Origin: Octopus sinensis
Taxonomy: Eukaryota
DNA: 64,000 bases
Direction of reading: 5' to 3'
NCBI RefSeq assembly: GCF_006345805.1
Contig: NC_043005.1
Location: forward strand, 41,974,001 to 42,038,000
Shown here in pieces: positions 54,821-64,000 of the stretch. The first letter of the stretch is position 1. Each line of letters starts with the position of its first letter. The position numbers and the translations under genes are program-made. The notes under the pieces were generated by a model that saw only the letters and a list, made by a program, of their open reading frames with translations, had not been told where the DNA came from and ran no database searches.

Positions 54821-55045
54821 GTGTGTATATGTGTGTATGTATGTCTTTGTTTCCTCCCATTATCACATTACAACTGGCGTTGCTGTGTTTACGTCCCCGT
54901 AACCTAACAGTTCAGGAAAATCGACCGATAAAATAAGAATTAGGCTTTAAAAGATGTCCTGGACTCGATTTGTTCGACTAAAAATAATCCCCCAAGGCAG
55001 TGCTCTAGCATGGCCACAGTCAATTGACTGAAACAAGTAAAAGAT
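54540..55045 (+). mobile_element. SINE family C with expanded internal microsatellite (a decayed head also lies at 54325-54420)
   Basis: Head and tail match 3335-3750; internal (TATG)/(TA) tract about 140 bp. Confidence 0.85.
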
Positions 55046-55079
55046 ATATATGTGTGTGTGTGTGTGTGTGTGTATTTAA

Positions 55080-55372
55080 GGAGCACTCCGCCGATCACGA
55101 CGACAAGGGATCAACGGAACAGCTTGCTCGTAAAATTAACGTGCATGTGACCGAGCACTACCCGAACACGCGTACACTTGACGTAGTTCTCAGTGAGATT
55201 CAGCGTGACACAGACAAGGCTAGCCCTTTAAAATACAGGTACTACTCATGTTTGCCAGCTGAGTGGACTGGAGTAACGGGAAATTCTCAAGGGCACAAAG
55301 CGTCGCCGGGAATTGAACTCAGGACCTTACGATCGTGTGCCGAATGCCCTAAACATTAACCCATGCGCCGCT
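55080..55372 (-). mobile_element. SINE with CACTCAGCTGGCAAA core and family-A tail
   Basis: Minus strand: tRNA head, CCAGTCCACTCAGCTGGCAAACATGAGTA (as at 58800), then GTGTCACGCTGAATCTC..GAGAACTACG tail (as at 44300). Confidence 0.8.
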
Positions 55373-55434
55373 TTCTATATATAAATATATATATAAACAA
55401 AACCTCTCACTAACACACACGCACACACACACAC

Positions 55435-55712
<278 letters not shown>

Positions 55713-56779
55713 ATGATAGATCGCTAGCCACTACACGTTCTTTAATTTCTCTCCTTGTTTCTTTTCCGTGTTCCTTTCTGCGGAAGAGCATAGTTAAAGA
55801 CTTTTACACTTCCCGAGCGTTATACTAATACATCTGTTTGTTGTCTACACCACCTGTCTTCGTCTTTTGTTTTTTGTTTTTTTCTTGTGAATTCTGCCTA
55901 TATATATATACATACACATACACGCATACTCACACATATATCTATTTATGTAAAAATATATAAAATTTAAACAGTGAAAACATTATACTCAGGCACCAGC
56001 AAAAATATACGCACGCTGTTATATACGCATGCATATGTGTCTGGGTGCATTTACGCATATATATATATCGGCGTACGCATGTGTAATTTTCTGAGAGCGA
56101 TGACAATTTTCTTTTAATAGAAATCCAAAATATCTACAATCCCCAAATAGCTCTCAGCGAAAAGAATTTTCTGATTTTCATGTTTATACCATTTTCGAAG
56201 CAATTACCTTCTCTGCAAGACTGGGAATGTAATATTTCTACTATTAAAATTTACTCAAGTGTTATGAAAATTCTGTTGAAGTACATTGTATACTTAATCC
56301 TGTCTGATACCTTTACTGGAGCAAACCCTCTGGGAATGTAAAGGAAGGGAATCTAATAACTTCCTTCACTGATGATAAAAATGATAGAAAAAAATGATTT
56401 CAAATTCTTCTTTGATATAGTAGATTTACTCTTTATCAGTGGTATGCTATCAATAACTGTATCATTTTGTTGAGGTGAACAGATCGGTTCAGAGAAAGAC
56501 GTAACACCAAGTAAACACAAAAAGTGTGTAATCATCAAAAATCTGTTAAATACGCGTATAGTATGACGAGACAGAACCCAGTAACGACCTTCACAAAAAA
56601 TATTGGGCTGGAAATTGATCTGAATATATTTTCCTGCCTAACTGTAAAACAATGCAAAAGTACATGTCAGCCGAGTAACATTTCTACTAATTAGTAGAAT
56701 ATTTCCACGAAGAATAAAAAGGCAGGCTGCACATATCTATATATTGATGAGAATATATCCTGTAGTGACACCTGTAATA

Positions 56780-57800
56780 AGATGAAGCTGGGGAATATAC
56801 GAACCGAATATAGGTAAAATAAGATAGCCATACGTTTTCTCATATAATAAATGTGTAGGCTGTAACTCACATGCTGTATTATACCTACTTTTGATCTATT
56901 CAGTTTGGCATCAGATAAGCTCTAGACCACTGATGTTAACATTGCAAAAACCTTAACCATAACCAGAAACTTTTGCATGAGTAGTGATAAGGACAGTCTC
57001 CACCGATGATGAAAACAAGGAGAGAGAAGCTTAACATCAATATGAATTCGAATGTATCGATTAATAACGAAGAACCGAAGATAGTCAATGATTCGATTTT
57101 ATATAAATGACAAAGTAGAAATAGTATCTTTGAATTTGGAATGATGATTTTACGGAATGTGTTCTCTGATAATTGACAAAATTACATTCAGACAAGTATT
57201 ACAGCTCCATGGCAGCATAGTATACGTAAGGTTTTTTTTTTATGCTGTGTGGAAATTTCAGATGAACAATATCTTAGATAATTATAAAAGATTCTCCTGG
57301 GCCAACAACTAGTATACTAGCTATCATTTGGAAGGTCCGATTCTGCAATTGAGGCACTGAAGATAACAGCAAAATATTTTATGCACAAAAATCAATGCAG
57401 GTGAAACACCTACATATGACAACTCATACCGACTGTGACAAAGTACACATGACTTCTCGACTTCTTGTCCAACTGTCACAACAATCCTATCTACATATGA
57501 GGCATGATGCTGAGGTTAAAATTTTACTCAATACATTCCGTGCAAAGAATATTCCAGATCAACATATTAATGGTTATAGTGCTGTAGGAAGTAGAATCTC
57601 ATATAAGGTGCATACATACTTGCGGAATGTTCTAGTCAGAACTTCTGAGATACACAAACACAAGAGAACATGTATAAGGATCTGTGATAAAGTAAAGAAT
57701 GTGTTAGCAATAGTAGAAATCAGTTGTCCAGCAGCTGTTGAGATAATACTCAAGATAAAGCGAACAAAAATACAGAAAATAAAAAGAAAAAAGACATCTG
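56780..57800 (+). mobile_element. R4/Dong-like non-LTR element 3' part (post-RT region, zinc knuckle, restriction-like endonuclease)
   Basis: IIPTF...KTLTITRNF...KQGERSL (compare RKxLT.TGNFH..SD..RLY..RK.GGRGL), then YLHMRHD...VRTS...HKR...DK..NVLAIVEISCP (RHD and VEISCP REL motifs). Confidence 0.8.
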
Positions 57801-58311
57801 TGTTGTCTTAGTGAGAAATCTGCTAATATTGAAGTTGTACGACAATATCAAATTTTTACTCATTTATGATATTAACTAACCAAGAACCAATCTTCAAAGC
57901 TGAACATCCTCTAAACAAAGAAGGACATAACGAATTAAGAACTTATTAGTACAAGTCACCAGAGAAATTGTGAATAACTATATAGAATATTCCCACACTT
58001 AGATGAACAAGCATACTATTATACATATACGTAATCAAAACATGCACAACACCTGCAATGACATTTTTCTTACACAAACGTATAAATATGTTGCTTTGTC
58101 TGAATATACATACAACGAAATCAACTCCTCCGCTGTGTCTTAAATTCACCTTACACTGTGGAATCGCGTGTCTTATGAACACATATCGCTTAAAAGGAAG
58201 AGGTGATCTCCAATGCCACAAAACAACAACTATCTGATACGAAAGTTCGAATCTGTCAGAGCTTACATTATTTATAATGGACTGATAGGTGTCCGCATCT
58301 TGTTTGTTCTC

Positions 58312-58356
58312 ACCACAACGTTTCGGTTGATGTACTCTCCAGCCTTCATCAAGTGT
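58312..58356 (-). ncRNA. Degenerate hammerhead motif in a Penelope-derived repeat
   Basis: Minus strand ACAC-TTGATGA-A-GGCTG..CAACC-GAAA-C-GTT-GTG; core C3 is replaced by U and stem II has a mismatch. Confidence 0.45.
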
Positions 58357-58682
58357 TCTGTTAGAATTTCGAACCCAACCCCTTATTTGACTAATGACGT
58401 ACCCTATTTTTCAAGACTTGAAAAATAATATCAACAGAGAAATAACGTCAGTAACATACCTTAGGAATGAGAACAGTGAACCCAATTAGTCAAATAAAGG
58501 TCTGGGTTTGAAATCAAGGCATTTTTGGTGGAATTGTTCTAACATGTTGAGATATCTTTCATAACATGACCATGTTTCTGAAGAATACAGTTGGGATAAG
58601 ACAAACGATTTGTTAAGAGCCAATTTATGTATGTGTATATATATGTGTGTGTTTGTGTGTGTGTGCGTGTGTGTGTGTGTGT

Positions 58683-58858
58683 AGGTGCGTGGCTTAGTGG
58701 TTAGGGTGCCAGCACCATGATGGTAAGATTGCGGTTTCGATTCCTGGACCGGTCAACGCGTTATGTTCTTGAGCGAAACACTTCATTTCACGTTGCTCTA
58801 GTCCACTCAGCTGGCAAAAATGAGTAACGCTGCAATGGACTAGCGTCCCGTCCAGATG
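58683..58858 (+). mobile_element. SINE with tRNA head and V-domain-like tail
   Basis: TGGCTTAGTGG A-box, GTTTCGATTCC B-box, CACTCAGCTGGCAAAAATGAGTAA, ATGGACTAGCGTCCCGTCCAG. Confidence 0.75.
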
Positions 58859-58884
58859 GCTAGGTTTTAAAAAAGGGCTCATTT

Positions 58885-58922
<38 letters not shown>

Positions 58923-58978
58923 GCATACATATATATATTTGAATATATATATATATAGAGAGATACACACATGGATAC

Positions 58979-59035
<57 letters not shown>

Positions 59036-59107
59036 CATGTATGTATGTATGCATGTGTGTATCTATCTATCTATCTATCTCTCTCTCTCTATATATATAT
59101 ATATATA

Positions 59108-62100
59108 CGCGAGAAAGGAGCAACAAGAATGGATAGGTTTTTAGTACAATCGTTTCATACAAGGACAGGCTTTATTAAAAGTTGCAAAAATTACAGCATA
59201 TAAACGTGTCCCGTACTCATCAGCTAAAATACATGTGAGTTCTCTAGACATCCTAGTGGTTGAGGCTATACTCATGAAGTAATGTAGATAATTAAGTAAC
59301 ATAAACAGATTTCCAAAGTTCATTAAAGTTCTTTAAAGATGATGTACAATCTTATCACAGAATTTAAAAAAGTTTTAATAGCATCACAGAGAAGGTGACC
59401 TAATCCATAGTGCACATATGAATTCCAGAGATATGAGGAGGATTACATACTCACAGACGACAAATTTATCCATTGTTAATCACAACGAGGTGGGTCTCAA
59501 TTCCTGCTTATTAGCATTACAGAGAGGGTGAATTAATCATTTGTATAGATGCACAATTTCCAATGGTGTAGATGTAAATTTCCAGAGAAATGAAGAGGAA
59601 TTCATATTCACAGGCGATAAATTTATCAATGGGTTGAACACAATGAGGTAGGTATCAATTCTTGTTATATGATTAGGTATTTGCCACATTAATCACATTA
59701 CTGCTATTTACAAGAGGCTGCAGCTATTTAACTTTTAAAGGCTGAAGGGCTTTCCAGAGAGGCAAAGAACAGAAAGGGAAGGGAAGAGAAGAAAAGAGAG
59801 AAAATAAAGGAGGAGGGAGCAAAAAGGGGGGGGAGGGGGACTAAAAGAGAAGAGAAAAGGAAAAAGAGAATAAGAAGAAGAAAAAAAGAAAAAGAGAAAA
59901 GAGAAAGAAATAGGGAAAGAAGGGAAAAAAAAGAAAAGAAAAAAAAGAGGGTTCTAGTTATACAGAAGAATTAGTAGACGCAAGTCTGGTTTTAATTTAC
60001 AGGCATCTAGGAACTAGAGGAGAATATTATTCTTTGACCAATAAAACAGCTAATTTATTGCTGTTGAAATCAGCTATGAATTTAAAGAGAATCTAAAGAG
60101 ATAACACGGTCAGGGGTTTAGGGGTCAGAGGCTAAAATCAAAAGAAAATACATTAGGAAAATCTAAGTATAATCTTATCAAAAAGTCATTAAAATTTATT
60201 ATTTAATTTATTCATTTTATTGTCTTAAGGAGTTGCCGTTATTATTCATACATTGACGGACTACAGTCAAATCTTAGAAGATCATTACAAGGTGTTAGGG
60301 AGTTGTCTATCATAATGAAGATAATCATATTATCACCGAGGGAGTAGCCTTATTTATTTAATTTTGAAATAGAATTATGGGGCTTTAGTAACTCATTTTA
60401 TTTTATTAAAGGTATGCTACTTAAATTAGATTAAGTTAAGAATTAAAATTAAAAATTACAATTAAGATTTAAAATTAAGATTTAAAATTATGAGTTTGAA
60501 ATTAAATAAAGCCTCAATTAAGCAGCGTATAAGTACTATTCATTTCCCTGTTCTCAAAAAACTGATGCAGATATAAGGAAAAAGATAACTGTAGTGTGAG
60601 AACTAGCCAGGAAGATAGAAATAAAAATAATAATATCAGCTATGAAACCAATAGCAATATAATAATACTACCAAACAATAAAACAGCAATAGTAACTATC
60701 AAAACATAGGTGAAATTAGTAACCACAGAATGACTAATAACATTAACATAATAGTAATAATAACAATGCCGATTTAATAGAAGTAATAATGTTAATAATA
60801 GAAAAATAGAAATAAGGCTTTTTCCTTATATCTGCATCAGTTTTTTGAGACAGGGAAATGAATAGTACTTATACGCTGCTTATTGAGGCTTTATTTAATT
60901 TAAAACTCAATTTTAAATCTTAATTTTAAATCTTAATTTATTTTAATTTTAATTCTTAACTTAATCTAATTTAAGTAGCATACCTTTAATAAAATAAAAT
61001 GAGTTACTAAAGCCCCATAATTCTATTTCAAAATTAATAAATAAGGCTACTCCCTCGGTGATAATATGATTTCTTCATTATGATAGACAACTCCCTAACA
61101 CCTTGTAAATGATCTTATATTTTTTGACCTGTAGTCCGTCAATGTATGAATAATAACGGCAACTCCTAAGACAATAAAATGAATAAATTAAATAAATAAA
61201 TTTTATGACTTTTTGATAAGATTATTTAGATTTTCCTAATGTATGTTCTTTTGATTTTAGCCTCTGACCCTAAACCCCTGACCGTGTTATCTCTTAGATT
61301 CTCTTTAAATTCATAGCTGATTTCAACAGCAATAAATTAGCTGTTTTATTGGTCAAAGAATAATATTCTCCTCTAGTTCCTAGATGCCTGTAAATTAAAA
61401 CCAGACTTGCCGTCTACTAATTCTTCTGTATAACTAGAACCCTCTTTTTTTCTTTTTCTTTTTTTTTCCCTTCTTTCCTATTCTTTCTCTTTTCTCTTTT
61501 TTCTTTTTCTTCTTCTTATTCTCTTTTTCCTTTCTCTTCTCTTTTAGTCCCCCTCCCCCCTTTTTTGCCTCCCTCCTCCTATTTTCTCTCTTTTCTTCTC
61601 TTCCCTTCCCTTTTCTGTTCTTTGCCTCTCTGGAAAGCCCTTCAGCCTTAAAAGTAAATAGCTGCAGCCTCTTGTAAATAGCAGTAATGTTGATTAATGT
61701 GGCAAATACCTAATCATATAACAAGAATTGATACCTACCTCATTGTGTTCACCATTGATAAATTATCGCCTGTGAATATGAATTCCTCTTCATTTCTCTG
61801 GAAATTTACATCTACACCATTGGAAATATGATCTATACAAATGATTAATTCACCCTCTCTGTAATGCTATAAGCAGGAATTGAGACCACTCGTGTTGTGA
61901 TTAACAATGGATAAATTTGTCGTCTGTGAGTATGTAATCCCTCCTCATATCTCTGGAAATTCATATGTGCATATGGATTAGGTCACCTTCTCTGTGATGC
62001 TATTAAAACTTTTTTAAAATTCTGTGATACGACTGTACATGATCTTTAAAGAACTTTAATGAACTTTGGAAATCGTATGTTACTTAATTATCTACATTAC

Positions 62101-62266
62101 TTATGAGTATAGCCTCAACCACTGGAGTCTAGAGAACTCACATGTATTTAGCTGATGAGTAGGGACACGTTTATATGCTGTAATTTTTGCAACTTTTAAT
62201 AAAGCCTGTCCTTGTATGAAACGATTGTACTAAAAACCTATCCATTCTTGTTGCTTCTTTCTCGCT
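59108..62266. repeat. 3.16-kb inverted duplication: arms 59108-60585 and 60818-62266, 232-bp spacer
   Basis: The arms align end to end as reverse complements (GCGAGAAAG.AGCAACAAGAATGG ... GCAGATATAAGGAAAAAG); TA dinucleotide on both outer flanks. Confidence 0.95.
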
Positions 62267-62385
62267 TATAATCACCCCACAGTACTGTATTGTTAAAACA
62301 GTATAGTTTTTTTTGGTGCATTAAGTTAGGTACATATTCAAGTAAATTCATTTAATTTAACTTGAATCTTTATTGATTTTTGTAT

Positions 62386-62420
<35 letters not shown>

Positions 62421-62552
62421 ATATATGTATGCATGTATATGTATATGCTCCGTAGCGCGATGTGTTTGTATAATATGTAGTAAATATGGAGTGCTGTGTG
62501 TGTAAATTCCTATGTTGATCTTTGGTACTTCTGCTGATTTTAACCATCACAG

Positions 62553-62632
62553 CTGAGGTTATATTTGAGCACCGATTGTATTTATTGAAAGATGGACAGA
62601 TAATAAGGAAACTTCCCTTTCGCGTTGATAAA
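62553..62632 (+). CDS. Candidate internal coding exon (phase 1 to phase 0), product unknown
   Basis: Acceptor CTGATTTTAACCATCACAG, donor AAA|GTAAGC, open frame xEVIFEHRLYLLKDGQIIRKLPFRVDK in unique sequence; no homolog recognised. Confidence 0.35.
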
Positions 62633-63172
62633 GTAAGCTTATATGTCTGAGGCGACATCATTGATCCTATATAAGAAGACTATGATAATATTGGTTTCTC
62701 TAATACGGTTGCTTCTGGAAAAGAAAAAAAAGATAACAGGAAAGGAAAGGAAAGGAAATAGTAGAAAAATATTCCAATAAAGAATATATGCATGAAAAGA
62801 ATCCCACGATGCTTGAAGTAGACATAAAAATAGGCATAAAAATAACAAGACCGATGAAGAGTGAAAAATAAATATTAAATATTTTTGCGCATTTAAATAT
62901 ATTCCTGCGTCCGTTGTATGTGTGTACGTATGTGTATGTATATGTATGTATGTATATATATATATATATGTATATATATGTATATATATATGTATATATA
63001 TATATACATATGTATACATATATGATTTTGTGTGCGCCGCTGTGCGTATATAGATATATAGGTCTGTGTCTGTGTATATCATGCATGTGTACACATATAC
63101 GCACAAACAAGCACGTGACTCGCACGCGCGCACGCACACATATACATATCTATAACTATATATATGTATGAT

Positions 63173-63214
<42 letters not shown>

Positions 63215-63376
63215 ATGTGTGTGCGTGTGTTTGTGCGTATGTATGTATGTAGACATACTTACATGCCTGTATTTATATATTCGTGAATTTGTATGTGTGT
63301 GAATTGTACGCATTTAATGCACACACACACACACACAAGATTGATACATATATACATTCACTATATATATATATAT

Positions 63377-63607
63377 ACTCTTTTCACTCTTTTACTTGTT
63401 TCAGTCACTTTAAAGCACCGCCTTTAGTCGAGCAAATCGACCCCAGGACTTATTCATTGTAAGCCTGGTACTTATTCTATCGGTTTCTTTTGCCGAACCG
63501 CCAAGTTGGGGGCGTAAATACACCAGCATCGGTTGTCAAGTAATGTTGGGGGAAAACACAGACACACAAACACACACAACACACACACACACACACACAC
63601 ACACCAC

Positions 63608-63640
<33 letters not shown>

Positions 63641-63813
63641 TACATATATACATATATACGACGAGCTTCTTTCAATTCGGGCTTCACTCACAATGCTCTG
63701 GTCGACCCGAGGCTATAGTAGAAGACACTTGCCTAAGGTCCCACGCAGTGGGAGTGAACCCGGAACCATGTGGTTTGTAAGCAAGCTACTTACCACACAG
63801 CCGCTCCTACGCC

Positions 63814-63814
<1 letters not shown>
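63377..63814 (-). mobile_element. SINE family C with expanded internal (CA)/(TA) tract and internal deletions
   Basis: Reverse complement of the 3335-3750 head and tail. Confidence 0.88.
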
Positions 63815-63872
<58 letters not shown>

Positions 63873-64000
63873 TGACCAACGATAAAGGGCTAATATTGGT
63901 AAAATGAGACATACTTGTCGACATGGCCGAAACAGCTGTAAGATGTAATTTATACTTATATTTATATTTACTTATATTTATATTCTATTTTATATATATT

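Noticed and set aside
59420-59640. C2H2 zinc-finger reading (IFTGDKF resembling IHTGEKP)
   Set aside because: Cys/His spacing and the 84-nt period do not fit.
59950-60820. Palindrome interior as a mitochondrial insertion (NUMT)
   Set aside because: It is AT-rich with a hydrophobic antisense reading, but no mitochondrial gene, rRNA or tRNA motif was recognised.

Overview
This is AT-rich eukaryotic, non-prokaryotic DNA. The tRNA-derived SINE families and the extreme (TA)n, (TATG)n and (ATCT)n density match my recollection of Octopus genomes; the species assignment is an inference. No complete protein-coding gene, rRNA, true tRNA or CRISPR array is supportable. Almost all ORF-track entries are microsatellite or SINE read-throughs. 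The window is an intergenic or intronic transposon graveyard containing: about 20 SINE copies in modular families; decayed LINEs (RTE, R4/Dong, L1/Tx1-like); Penelope-like GIY-YIG relics; five Tc1/mariner/maT fragments; an intact-ended non-autonomous Helitron; and many fold-back (inverted-repeat) elements. Best leads: (1) a 3.16-kb near-perfect palindrome (59108-62266) whose arms differ mostly by 1-nt indels and contain a tandem repeat with a possible coding signature; (2) minimal Penelope-type hammerhead ribozyme motifs, one with an intact core (47420-47454); (3) a candidate 80-nt coding exon at 62553-62632. All protein-family calls come from manual translation and remembered motifs, not database searches. 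Boundaries of decayed elements are approximate.
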